Shown: positions 40,608 to 50,190, counted from the first letter of the stretch. The stretch: 64,000 bases of DNA from an uncultured cyanobacterium (GCA_963719515.1 CAVRCJ010000003.1:608001-672000); one strand, 5' to 3'. The notes: a model not told the origin generated them from the letters alone. Numbers and translations: made by a program.

Positions 40608-41651
40608 CTACCCAAATCCTTTCGTCTTCCGCTCTTCCAGACTCCACAGGCCGATTACTCCGGTTGTCCCAGCGATCGCCAGCAGCTCCCCACCGGGGTG
40701 CCAGGCCAGGGCCGAGCAGCCGCCCTCCGGAAACTTGAGCGCTTTGACAAGGCTTTTCGCGTCCCAAAAGCAGACGGTGCCGTCTTCTCCTACCGAGACC
40801 AGCCGCGAGGTTCTGGGCTGAAAGGCGATCGCGTTCACCCGGTCGGTGTGATGCTGCAGGACTTGCGATCGCCAGCCCCGCTTACCCTCAGCGCTCTGGG
40901 TCCAGAGGGTGACCCCCTCAGCGCAGGCCGCCGCCAGCTTGGGCGTTCCCCCAGCGGCCTCAGCCCAAGCCACCTGCCGCACTTTGCCAGGAAAGCCCTG
41001 CATCAGCCAGGGCGGTGGACTGTCCCATTCCACAACTGTCAGGGTGCGGTCTAAGTTGCCCGACGCCAAATAGCACCCATCGGCGGACCAGGCCGCGTAG
41101 AGACCTGCCCCCGGTACGGCGACCGTTTTGTGCTCCACCGTCCAATCTGCCGTATTCCAGACCTTCATCCCCCCATGACCGCTGACGACAAGCCAGTCAC
41201 CCCGAGGGTGCCAGGCTAAGTGCAGGGCGGAAGAGGACTGAAAATCCAGGTCGGCGATCGCGTTAGTCCCGTCCCAAACTTTTACCTGGGAACCGACCCC
41301 ATAGGCCAGATAGGGCTGGCTTGGGTGCCAGGCCAGTTGGTCAATCCAGATGCCGGGGTGGGACTGGCTAAACGCCACAGGGTAACCCGGCTGCAGTGCC
41401 CACACCACCAGGTCACCGCTTTGGCCAGCGGCGGCGAGGTATTGACCCTCTGCAGAAAAGCCCAGGGCATTCACCGCTTTGCCAGTTGTGGGCTGTAGGA
41501 CGACGCGATCTTGGTGGAGGTCAAACAGCGTCACTTCGCCTGCAGCAGAGGCGACGGCTAAGCGGCTGCCATCGGCAGACCAGGCGATCGCCGTCACGTA
41601 GTCGCCCAGGCGATCGCGCCAGCGCTTGGTGAAATTCAGCGCAGTCTTCAC
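40608..41651 (-). CDS. WD40-repeat protein (CobW-associated)
   Basis: Repeated AW/FS.DG..LA.....V..WD units; overlaps the cobW stop. Confidence 0.88.
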   Translation of the reverse strand: MKTALNFTKRWRDRLGDYVTAIAWSADGSRLAVASAAGEVTLFDLHQDRVVLQPTTGKAVNALGFSAEGQYLAAAGQSGDLVVWALQPGYPVAFSQSHPGIWIDQLAWHPSQPYLAYGVGSQVKVWDGTNAIADLDFQSSSALHLAWHPRGDWLVVSGHGGMKVWNTADWTVEHKTVAVPGAGLYAAWSADGCYLASGNLDRTLTVVEWDSPPPWLMQGFPGKVRQVAWAEAAGGTPKLAAACAEGVTLWTQSAEGKRGWRSQVLQHHTDRVNAIAFQPRTSRLVSVGEDGTVCFWDAKSLVKALKFPEGGCSALAWHPGGELLAIAGTTGVIGLWSLEERKTKGFG

Positions 41652-42604
41652 GCCAGGCAGGCGCGAAATCCGCTGCGCAGCTCAGCTTCGTCTAGGTTGC
41701 GGCCAATGAACACCATCTCGCTACGGCGGGACTCGTCCGGCTTCCAGGGGCGATCGCTGCGGCCATCAAAAATCATGTGGACGCCCTGAAAGACGTAGCG
41801 ATTGGGCTCGCCCGCCAGGTTGAGGATGCCCTTGGTGCGAAAGATATCTGGGCCTTTGGTTTCCAGCAGCTTGCTCACCCAGCTGCTCAGCTTGTCGCCG
41901 TCTAGGGGCTTTTCTTCCACAATGGCAAAGGAGTAAACCGACTCGTCATGCTCGTGGGCATCTTCATTGAGAAATTCGGGGTCGACCTCGAGGGCTCGGT
42001 CCAAGTCAAACGCCTTGACGCCTAAAACCGACTCAATAGGCAGCTCAGAGTTCTGGGTGCGGTAAATTTTCACCATGGCGTTCATGTCCAGGATGCGGCG
42101 CTCCAGCTCAGCGAGATCTTCCTCAGACACTAGGTCAATCTTGTTGAGCAAAATCACGTCGGCAAAGGCAATTTGCTCTTGGGCTTCGTCGCTCTCCCAA
42201 TGCTGGTGGATGTGCTTGGCATCGACAACGGTAATCACGGCGTCTAAGGCCAGCTGAGACTGGATGTCTTCATCGACAAAGAAGGTCTGAATTACGGGGG
42301 CGGGATCGGCGAGCCCCGTGGTTTCAATCACCAGATGGTCGAACTGGTCGCGCCGCTGCATGAGATTGCCGATGATGCGAATTAGGTCGCCCCTCACGGT
42401 GCAGCAGATGCAGCCGTTGTTCATCTCGAAGATCTCTTCGTCGGCGTCGATGATCAGCTGGTTATCAATACCCACCTCGCCAAATTCGTTGACGATTACC
42501 GCCACCTTTTTACCGTGCTCGTAGGTCAAGATGCGGTTGAGCAGGGTGGTTTTGCCCGCGCCGAGGTAGCCGGTGAGCACCGTTACCGGGACTGTTGTCG
42601 CCAT
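41648..42604 (-). CDS. CobW/COG0523 metallochaperone GTPase
   Basis: GYLGAGKTT, NEFGE, GCICC, ETTGLADP, NKID. Confidence 0.93.
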   Translation of the reverse strand: MATTVPVTVLTGYLGAGKTTLLNRILTYEHGKKVAVIVNEFGEVGIDNQLIIDADEEIFEMNNGCICCTVRGDLIRIIGNLMQRRDQFDHLVIETTGLADPAPVIQTFFVDEDIQSQLALDAVITVVDAKHIHQHWESDEAQEQIAFADVILLNKIDLVSEEDLAELERRILDMNAMVKIYRTQNSELPIESVLGVKAFDLDRALEVDPEFLNEDAHEHDESVYSFAIVEEKPLDGDKLSSWVSKLLETKGPDIFRTKGILNLAGEPNRYVFQGVHMIFDGRSDRPWKPDESRRSEMVFIGRNLDEAELRSGFRACLA

Positions 42605-42683
42605 AGTCGTTACACCATCTCAGTTAAGCGTATTCAACCTTAGCGATGGGGAGAGCTACAAAAAGTTCGCGGCGAACAGTTTT

Positions 42684-45362
42684 TCAATCCAGCGTGTATT
42701 CGCAATACTGCTGGATCAGCTTGGCCACCAGCGCGGTCCACCCGGTTTGGTGGCTCGCCCCAATGCCTGCGCCGTTGTCCCCATGAAAATATTCATGGAA
42801 GAGCACCAAATCCTTCCAGTGGGGGTCAGACTGCAGCATCTCGATGCCGCCGTAGGTAGGCCGGCGACCTGACGCATCCGGCTCAAAGATCTTGATCAAC
42901 CGGTGAGATAGCTCCGTTGCCACCTCCCACAGGGTCAGCCAATTTCCCGACCCGGTGGGGCACTCCACTTTGTAGTCATCCCCCGCGTAGAAATGGAACT
43001 TTTGCAGAGACTCGATCAGTAAATAGTTCACCGGAAACCATACGGGACCGCGCCAGTTGGAGTTGCCGCCAAACATCCCTGAGCTAGACTCGGCGGGCTC
43101 GTAGCCTACCCGATACTCTTCACCGTCGTATTCGAACACGTAGGGGTTTTGGGCATGGAAGCGAGACAGGGCGCGGATGCCGTAGTCACCGAAGAACTCA
43201 TCTTCATCTAGCATTCTGCTCAGCACCCGGCGGAAGCGATCGCTCTCCACGAATTCGTCGGGAGACAAATAGGTGAGGGCCAACAGGCGACGGGCCTCTT
43301 GCCCCTCGGTCTCCATACAGGCCACGTTCTTCTTCAGCTGGGGGCGGTTTTCAATAAACCACTCCAGCCGCTGCTTGAAGTTAGGCAGCTTGTCTATCGT
43401 GTCGGGCTCTAAGATGGCGATCGCAAACAGCGGAATCAGCCCCACAATAGAGCGAATTTTCAGCGGCATCTTGTCGCCACTCGGTAGGTTGAGCACATCG
43501 TAGTAGAAGCCATCTTCCTCGTCCCACAGCCGGCTGCTTCCCCCCCCAACGTGGTTCATCGCCTCAGCGATATAGAGAAAATGCTCGAAGAACTTAGTGG
43601 CCATGTCTTCATACACGGGGTTCTCTAGGGCTAGCTCTAGGGCAATGGTCAGCATATTGAGGCAGTACATCCCCATCCAGCTCGTGCCGTCTGCCTGCTC
43701 CATGTAGCCCCCGGTGGGCAGGGTAGCGCTGCGGTCAAACACCCCAATGTTGTCCAGCCCTAGAAAGCCACCCTCAAAGGCATTGTTGCCGTCGGCATCT
43801 TTACGGTTCACCCACCAGGTGAAGTTGAGGAGCAGCTTTTGAAACACCCGCTCTAGGAACTGGCGATCGCCCTTGCCGGTGAGCTTACGGTCAATTTGAT
43901 ACACGCGCCAGGTCGCCCAAGCATGTACCGGCGGATTCACATCCCCAAAGGCCCATTCGTAGGCCGGGAGCTGACCGTTGGGATGCATGTACCACTCGCG
44001 GGTCATAATATCCAACTGATCTTTAGCGAACTCCGCATCAATGAGGGCGAGAGGAAGACAGTGGAAGGCCGTATCCCAGGCGGCAAACCAGGGATACTCC
44101 CACTTGTCCGGCATGGAAATTACATCATCTGCATGCAGATGAATCCACTCGCTGTTGCGGCCCTCCTCGCGGGGCTTGGGGGGCTCAGGCCTGTCCGGGT
44201 CTCCGTCCAGCCAGTCTTCCACCACGTAGTGATAGCACTGCTTGGTCCACATCAGCCCTGCGAAGGCCTGCCTCTGGACATTTTCTAGTTCACCGCGCAC
44301 TGAGTCAGGCGTAATGGTGTCGTAAAATTCGTCGGCTTCGGCGATGCGAGCTTCAAATATGTTGCGTACGGCATCCCCCAGAGGCTCCTCCAGCGACTCG
44401 TTGTCCGTCAGCCGCAGGTAAACAATCTGGGAGGCTCCGGACTCTAGGGTGAGCTTGTAGTGGGGCGAAACTTTACTGCCCGAATTGTTTGGGCTAACGG
44501 CGCTCTCATCCCCCTGTACAACGTAGTTGTTGATGCCGTCTTTGACGTAGGGGGATGCATTCTCGCCGTCAAACAGCCGCCGGAAGTTCGTCTCGTTTTC
44601 GGTGAACAGCAGGGACGGGGTGCCATCGCAGTGCAGCCAGCGGGTGCCTAGCGTTGGATGGGTCGCCTCTAGCGTCGTGAAGCCTTCGCACTGCCTGGCC
44701 TTCTTAACCGCCGGCTTCTCTGTTTCGTAGCCCCAAGACCAGATGTTGCGGAACCACAGCGTTGGCAGCAGGTGCAGGGTATGGGCCTCGGGTCCCCGGT
44801 TGGTGACAGTGATGCGGATGGCGATATCTTCGTTAGTTTCCTTGGCATATTCCACAGCCACGTCGTAGTAGCGGCTCTCGTCAAATATGCCGGTGTCCAG
44901 CAGCTCGTACTCCATGCCCTCCCGGCCACGCTGCTGATTCCCATTGAGCAGATCCTCATAGGGAAACGCCCGCTGGGGATACTTATATAGCCCCTTCATG
45001 TAGGAGTGGGTGGGGGTGCTGTCGAGGTAGAAGTAATACTCTTTGACGTCCTCCCCGTGGTTGCCTTGGGGGCCCGTCAGACCGTACAGCCGCTCTTTGA
45101 GGATGGGATCTTCGCCGTTCCACAGGGCCACGGCAAAGCAAAGCCGCTGGTGGGTATCGGAAATACCCATGATGCCATCCTCACCCCAGCGGTAGGCCCG
45201 CGACCTAGCCTGGTCGTGGGGAAAGTAGTCCCAGGCTGACCCGTGGGCGCTGTAGTCTTCCCGCACGGTGCCCCACTGGCGATCGCTGAGGTAAGGGCCC
45301 CATCGCTTCCAGTGCACGAGCCGCTGATTGGAGTCTTCCAGTCGCTGGTGTTCGGGTGTCAT
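42684..45362 (-). CDS. MGH1-like glycoside hydrolase (GH63-like glucosidase)
   Basis: [41 protein letters not shown]. Confidence 0.9.
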   Translation of the reverse strand: MTPEHQRLEDSNQRLVHWKRWGPYLSDRQWGTVREDYSAHGSAWDYFPHDQARSRAYRWGEDGIMGISDTHQRLCFAVALWNGEDPILKERLYGLTGPQGNHGEDVKEYYFYLDSTPTHSYMKGLYKYPQRAFPYEDLLNGNQQRGREGMEYELLDTGIFDESRYYDVAVEYAKETNEDIAIRITVTNRGPEAHTLHLLPTLWFRNIWSWGYETEKPAVKKARQCEGFTTLEATHPTLGTRWLHCDGTPSLLFTENETNFRRLFDGENASPYVKDGINNYVVQGDESAVSPNNSGSKVSPHYKLTLESGASQIVYLRLTDNESLEEPLGDAVRNIFEARIAEADEFYDTITPDSVRGELENVQRQAFAGLMWTKQCYHYVVEDWLDGDPDRPEPPKPREEGRNSEWIHLHADDVISMPDKWEYPWFAAWDTAFHCLPLALIDAEFAKDQLDIMTREWYMHPNGQLPAYEWAFGDVNPPVHAWATWRVYQIDRKLTGKGDRQFLERVFQKLLLNFTWWVNRKDADGNNAFEGGFLGLDNIGVFDRSATLPTGGYMEQADGTSWMGMYCLNMLTIALELALENPVYEDMATKFFEHFLYIAEAMNHVGGGSSRLWDEEDGFYYDVLNLPSGDKMPLKIRSIVGLIPLFAIAILEPDTIDKLPNFKQRLEWFIENRPQLKKNVACMETEGQEARRLLALTYLSPDEFVESDRFRRVLSRMLDEDEFFGDYGIRALSRFHAQNPYVFEYDGEEYRVGYEPAESSSGMFGGNSNWRGPVWFPVNYLLIESLQKFHFYAGDDYKVECPTGSGNWLTLWEVATELSHRLIKIFEPDASGRRPTYGGIEMLQSDPHWKDLVLFHEYFHGDNGAGIGASHQTGWTALVAKLIQQYCEYTLD

Positions 45363-45431
45363 GGCTGAATGGCTATCAAAGGACGTCGGGCCTCAGTTAG
45401 GATAACCCTAAGAGACCGACATTAAGCTAAC

Positions 45432-45482
45432 CTAAACGACGTCAGAAATCACCTGCCACACCCGCAAAATTTCCGCCACGCT
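45432..45482 (-). repeat. Orphan copy of the last 17 codons of the glucosidase gene at 53884-53934 (left island boundary)
   Basis: Encodes SVAEILRVWQVISDVV* versus SVAEILRVWRAISEGI*; 42/51 nt identical by manual alignment. Confidence 0.85.
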
Positions 45483-45514
45483 GGCCCTCACCCCCGGCCC
45501 CTCTCTCAACGCTG

Positions 45515-45733
45515 ATACCGCTGGCGAATTTCATGTCTTGTTACATCTCGGCTATTTCCTGCCCCGGAGAAGGCCCCCTAAATCCCCCAATTCTGGGGGA
45601 CTTCAGAGAGGTTAGAACTCCTTAAAGTCAATAGCCGCGAATAGTATGGCCACTGCTCCGGTTCCCCCAGAATTGGGGGTTAGGGGGCCTCGAAGGCGTA
45701 CAGCTCGATTACGAAATATTTCGCCAGTGGTAT
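45515..45733. mobile_element. MITE with 14-bp TIRs, inserted in a palindromic repeat and containing an internal inverted repeat
   Basis: ataccgctggcgaa / ttcgccagtggtat TIRs flanked by caacgctg direct repeats; internal IR at 45571-45690. Confidence 0.75.
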
Positions 45734-45941
45734 CAACGCTGGGAGAGGGGAGTCTGATTCCCTCCCCTCGGAATTGAGGGAAGGGCTAGGGATGAGAGCC
45801 TCCCATGGCGCTAAACGGTTACCAGGGGAAACGCCTAGACGAGGTTTATTCGTCAGGGGTCTATAATTTGAGCAGATAAGGATGGCTCGCTAGAGTAATG
45901 AAGAAAGGGCTGGCCTCAGAAGAAGGTAAAACTTAAGGCCT

Positions 45942-46337
45942 ATGGAACCGCTCCCTATGATTCAAATTACCTTCGGACTCAGCAACGCCGACGAGGGCGA
46001 TCGCCTCCGGTTTTCCAAGCAGGTGCTGCCAGAGCTGCGGGACTTGGACGAAGTGCAGCGGGCCGACCGCACCGAGGTGATGGCGGCGGAAGACGGCGTC
46101 AAGGGCTTTGAAACCCTGCTGGGCTTTTTGACGGCGGAGGTGACGCGGGAGAGCCTAACGGAATTCCTCAAATGGATGGGCGATCGCTTTGCGGATAAGA
46201 CCCTGAAGGTGGCGGTTAAAGTAGGGGAGAAGGAAATCGAGCTAGAGGCGACGAGCCGCAAAGAGCTGGATGACCTGGAGCAGCGGGCCACCCGGCTGCT
46301 GGCGGCAATGGATACCGGCAGTTCCGAAGCCTCGTAG
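45942..46337 (+). CDS. EACC1-like small partner of a caspase (effector-associated constant component)
   Basis: 131 aa directly upstream of a caspase gene; L..ELRDLDEV...GVKG...LLG.L...L..FL.W.....K.LKV.V pattern recalled for this family, not confirmed by search. Confidence 0.55.
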   Translation: MEPLPMIQITFGLSNADEGDRLRFSKQVLPELRDLDEVQRADRTEVMAAEDGVKGFETLLGFLTAEVTRESLTEFLKWMGDRFADKTLKVAVKVGEKEIELEATSRKELDDLEQRATRLLAAMDTGSSEAS

Positions 46338-46383
46338 GGTGGGTCCTGACCCACCACCAACCCGTTAGATACCCACCAAATCT

Positions 46384-48498
46384 GTGCCCAGAAAATTAGC
46401 CCTATTGATCGGCGTCAGCGACTATGGCGAGGGATTTGATCCCTTAAGTGCTCCCGTCAAAGACGTTGCCGCCCTGCAGCGGGTGCTGGCAAATCCCGAG
46501 ATGGGTCACTTTGACGAAGTCAAAACCCTGACTAACCCTGGCTTGGTAGAAATGCGGCGGGAAATTGGCACCCTGTTTTCCACCTCCCAAAAAGACGACC
46601 TGGTGCTGCTGTTCTTCTCCGGCCACGGCGTCACCGATGACGACTATCGGCTGTACCTGACCACAAAGGCATCCGCCAAAGATACGTTTAAGTTCGACTC
46701 CTTAGAGGCCAGCTACATCCAAAACTTTTCCGACAGCGCTTGCGCCAAGCGGCAAGTGATTATTTTGGACTGCTGCTACAGCGGCGCGTTTGCCGGGGGG
46801 TGGCAGCCCAAGGGGGCGGAGGTAAAGCTGGAGCTAGAGCGGGAGCTGGGCAAGGAGGGGCGGGTAGTGTTGACGTCGTCCTCTTCGACGCAGGTGTCGT
46901 TTCAGCAGGAGGATGGGGAGCTATCGCTGTATACCCAGTATTTGGTGGAGGGAATTGAGACGGGGGCGGCGGATAAGGACAAGGATGGGGCGATTCGGGT
47001 GCGGGAGCTGCACGAGTACGCGAAGCGGAAGGTGCAGGAGGTGAAGCCGAAGCTGAAGCCGGACATTATTGTGGCGGATGATGAGGGCTATGATATTGTG
47101 CTGAGCCGGGTGAAGCTGGATGCAGCGCTGCGATTTCGGCGGGAGGTGGAGAAGCGGGTTGACCATGAGCGTGGGGAGATTTTAGATATTGACCAGGAGA
47201 CGCTGCAGGTGAAGGCGCAGCGTCTAAATTTGCCCGCTGAGAAGGTCAAGGAAATTATCGACAGCGTACTGGAACCATCGCGGCGCAGGTTGCGGAATTT
47301 GGAGCGGTATCGGCAGAAGTACGAAGAGTATGCCGAGCGGGGCTATCCGTTGAGCGAGCGGGTAATGGAGAGCCTGCGGGACTGGCAGCAGGAGGTGCTG
47401 GGGCTAGAGGACAACGATGTTGCAGGGATTCAGCGGCAAGCTCACCAGCGATATGCGCGAAGTGAACAGGTTAAGGAAGAAGTTGATAATTCCAATTTCC
47501 TCACTTCTCTGACAGCAGATGAGGCAGCGGGAAGACGGCCCACGGCTCCGCCTCAAGTTGATACGGCTTACAAATTTGAGCAGATACTACCTGAACCAAA
47601 TACAACCGACAAACAAGGCAGGCTTGAACAACCGCTGACCACTTTCAGCTTTCAGACCGCTAGAATCACAGGCTGTCAGAAGCAGGGAGGGTTCCTTGGC
47701 GTAGGCGGTGAAGTTGTCTGCGATATTAGACGCGAAACGAAGACAGCACAGGGATTTGTTGAGGGCTTGGGCAACGGCGCGACGCTGGAACTAGTGCAGA
47801 TTCCGGCTGGGCGATTTGTAATGGGCTCGCCAGCAAAAGAGGCCACCTACGGTGATGAGAAGCCTCAGCACGCGGTTAGAGTGCCGCCATTTCTCATAGG
47901 CAAGTTCGTGGTGACTCAGGCTCAATGTGAGGCTGTGATGGGTACTAATCCAGCAGTCCAATACAATGCTGACCATTTTGTAGCGCCTGATAAACCCGTT
48001 GTGGGCGTGAGCTGGAATGACGCGATCGCTTTTTGCGAAAAGCTGTCTCAGCAGACTGGTCGAATGTATCGATTGCCGAGTGAGGCGCAATGGGAGTATG
48101 CCTGCCGGGCTGGAACCGAGACGCCGTTCTACTTTGGAGAGACGCTGACAGTGGCGATCGCAAACTATGACGCTAGCCAAACTTACGGCAGCGGACCAAA
48201 AGGTGAATATCTAAAAAAGACAAAGGCGGTAGGATCTTTCCCTACCAACGCCTTTGGCCTGTTTGATATGCATGGCAATGTCTGGGAATGGTGCCAAGAC
48301 CACTGGCATGGAAACTATAGGGGCGCACCCGCTGATGGAAGCGCCTGGATCGCAGGTGGAGACAGCGATAAACGTGTTCTACGCGGCGGTTCCTGGTTCA
48401 ATCTTCCGATCTTTTGCCGTTCGGCGAATCGGAACAGGAACGCCCCCGGCTACCTCGGCTACGGGATGGGTTTCCGGGTGTGTGTGGCGTCGGCGTGA
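46384..48498 (+). CDS. Caspase (peptidase C14)::helical linker::FGE-sulfatase/C-type lectin-fold protein; DGR target
   Basis: ALLIGVSDY, FFSGHG (His) and ILDCCYSG (Cys) dyad; C-terminal F.MGS, RLPSEAQWEYACRAG, NAFGLFDMHGNVWEWC, RGGSW, GFRV. Confidence 0.92.
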   Translation: MPRKLALLIGVSDYGEGFDPLSAPVKDVAALQRVLANPEMGHFDEVKTLTNPGLVEMRREIGTLFSTSQKDDLVLLFFSGHGVTDDDYRLYLTTKASAKDTFKFDSLEASYIQNFSDSACAKRQVIILDCCYSGAFAGGWQPKGAEVKLELERELGKEGRVVLTSSSSTQVSFQQEDGELSLYTQYLVEGIETGAADKDKDGAIRVRELHEYAKRKVQEVKPKLKPDIIVADDEGYDIVLSRVKLDAALRFRREVEKRVDHERGEILDIDQETLQVKAQRLNLPAEKVKEIIDSVLEPSRRRLRNLERYRQKYEEYAERGYPLSERVMESLRDWQQEVLGLEDNDVAGIQRQAHQRYARSEQVKEEVDNSNFLTSLTADEAAGRRPTAPPQVDTAYKFEQILPEPNTTDKQGRLEQPLTTFSFQTARITGCQKQGGFLGVGGEVVCDIRRETKTAQGFVEGLGNGATLELVQIPAGRFVMGSPAKEATYGDEKPQHAVRVPPFLIGKFVVTQAQCEAVMGTNPAVQYNADHFVAPDKPVVGVSWNDAIAFCEKLSQQTGRMYRLPSEAQWEYACRAGTETPFYFGETLTVAIANYDASQTYGSGPKGEYLKKTKAVGSFPTNAFGLFDMHGNVWEWCQDHWHGNYRGAPADGSAWIAGGDSDKRVLRGGSWFNLPIFCRSANRNRNAPGYLGYGMGFRVCVASA
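48382..48498 (+). repeat. DGR variable region (VR)
   Basis: 117-nt gene end, colinear with 48665-48781; 12 of 17 mismatches lie opposite TR adenines. Confidence 0.9.
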
Positions 48499-48664
48499 GG
48501 ACCTTGCCCTTTGCGCCTTTTCCCTCTTGCCCTCTGTTCCGCACTTAGCGCGGCGAAAAATTTTTCCTTTGGTACTACCTGACCGCGTTTGTAACGAACG
48601 AAGCAACATTAGCCCCCTGCCACCGATGGGCATGGTATATCCCTATGTGGGGCAGGCATTAAAA

Positions 48665-48781
48665 CGCGGCGGTTCCTGGTACAACCATCCGATCAATTGC
48701 CGTTCGGCGAATCGGAACAGGAACACCCCCGGCAACATCAACAACAATGTGGGGTTCCGGGTGTGTGCGGCGTCGGCGTGA
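48665..48781 (+). ncRNA. DGR template repeat (TR)
   Basis: Intergenic copy of VR rich in AAC/AAT codons (tac aac cat ccg atc aat ... aac atc aac aac aat). Confidence 0.88.
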
Positions 48782-49017
48782 GCACTCCCAACGGCCAGAA
48801 TCGGTAGAAGGGATTCTATCGAGCGTGTGACTGGGAGTCCAGACCTGCTCCGGCGAGGGCAGAAATGCTTTCCGAAAATAAAACAGGGCCAGGTCATTGG
48901 TAGGGAAACCGAAGATTATCTGGCCCCCCAGCTAGACAGACCCTAGATCCCTGGAATCTGGTAAGGCTTCGCAAAGCGTCATCCTTGGCCGCTCAGGTAT
49001 CACCGTTGCCCCGTGAG

Positions 49018-49204
49018 ATGTTACCACCGACAGTTGAAGTCTCGCCGCCGACAGATAAACTCTTTCGGGCGAAACGACGGTTAGCGGCGTAGAGGCAATC
49101 GCTGCCTAGCCGACGACGAGCGCCTGGCACAGATGCAGCAAGAGAAGGAGGTGCTGTTGGCGAAACTCCGCTCCCTCGGCATCAACCCAGAAGAGCTGCA
49201 ATAG
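49018..49204 (+). pseudogene. Probable remnant of a Uma2-family endonuclease gene (C-terminal tail)
   Basis: GNRCLADDERLAQMQQEKEVLLAKLRSLGINPEELQ* resembles cyanobacterial Uma2 tails; no in-frame body. Confidence 0.5.
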
Positions 49205-49232
49205 CCTGCCCACCAGCGATCGCCCAAACCTT

Positions 49233-49583
49233 TTACCGGATAGGTCGCTGCTGCACCAGGTAGCTGAGCACCTGACCGTGGGCCGGGGTAATATGGATGC
49301 CGCGATCGCCAATGGTAATCATCGGAGTCCAGTAGTGGCGCTCCACGTAATCCAGCAGGTGCAGGCGGGCTATAGCGTCCTGCACGCCGACCGGGGAGCC
49401 AATCAAGAGGTGCCGTAAGTGCTCGCATCCTGGCGCGGGGGATGGTTCTACCAACGTGGGGATATGAGGATCGGCTTCCATAGGCGAATCTAGCCGTGCG
49501 GCGCGGTCTGCCGCGAGCTGTTGGCGTACGGCGAGCTGGGCAGCCTCTTGAACCAAGGGCAGCCGAGGATATTGGATTGTCAT
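49233..49583 (-). CDS. Conserved cyanobacterial hypothetical protein
   Basis: EHLRHLLIGSP.GV..AI..LH.L.Y.E...W motif; start assigned to MTIQYPRL. Confidence 0.65.
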   Translation of the reverse strand: MTIQYPRLPLVQEAAQLAVRQQLAADRAARLDSPMEADPHIPTLVEPSPAPGCEHLRHLLIGSPVGVQDAIARLHLLDYVERHYWTPMITIGDRGIHITPAHGQVLSYLVQQRPIR

Positions 49584-49886
49584 GAGGGACTCCATTTGTG
49601 TTGTTTTGGAGTCCCCCAAAGAATCTGGACATTCCAGACGTGATAAGGGCTCGGTATGACTCAGGTACAATCGCACAAGGTCATCCAAACAGCTTGCTCT
49701 GTTCTGGTGGCTCAGGGGCTGCATGTTGTTCGTAGCAACATGCGGCTCCGCCAGACCGACTCTTTGGGAGACTAGAACCATGAGGACCACGGCTCATAGC
49801 TCACTAAGGTAGATCATTTATGCGCTGATGGCAAGGGGCACGTAGCGTTTTTAGCGAGGGGGCTGGCTGGCGAGGGCGGCGGGATA

Positions 49887-50180
49887 AGCGATCGCCATTC
49901 TCCAACGAGTGCTAATTACTCTCGAACAAGCGATCGCCACTCTCCAGTGAGTCATTGCCACTCTCGCACGGATGATCATCACTCTCCCACGAGCGATCGC
50001 TAGTCTCCAACGAGTGGGCATTACTCTCGCAGGAGCGATCGCCACTCTCTGCCAAGCGATTGCCACGTTCCGACGAGTCATTATGGCTCTCGCACGAGTA
50101 ATCGCCACACTTCCACGAGCAATGGCCACGCTCTGACGAGTGATCAGGACTCTCACACGAGCGATCGCCAGTCTCCTACA
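49887..50180. repeat. Degenerate 21-bp tandem array, 14 units, built around HIP1
   Basis: Consensus near agcgatcgccactctcgcacg with strict 21-nt period and no spacers. Confidence 0.88.
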
Positions 50181-50190
50181 GGTAACAGCT

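Noticed and set aside
48254..48781. 175-aa ORF ending in a second RGGSW...GFRV motif
   Set aside because: Artefact of reading through the TR; the N-terminal part is an off-frame overlap with the caspase gene.
48930..49790. Possible DGR reverse transcriptase or Avd after the TR
   Set aside because: No ORF with an RT YxDD context or Avd-like sequence; only a Uma2-like fragment and an unrelated hypothetical gene.
49887..50180. Possible CRISPR array
   Set aside because: Units are contiguous and degenerate with no unique spacers, and there are no cas genes.
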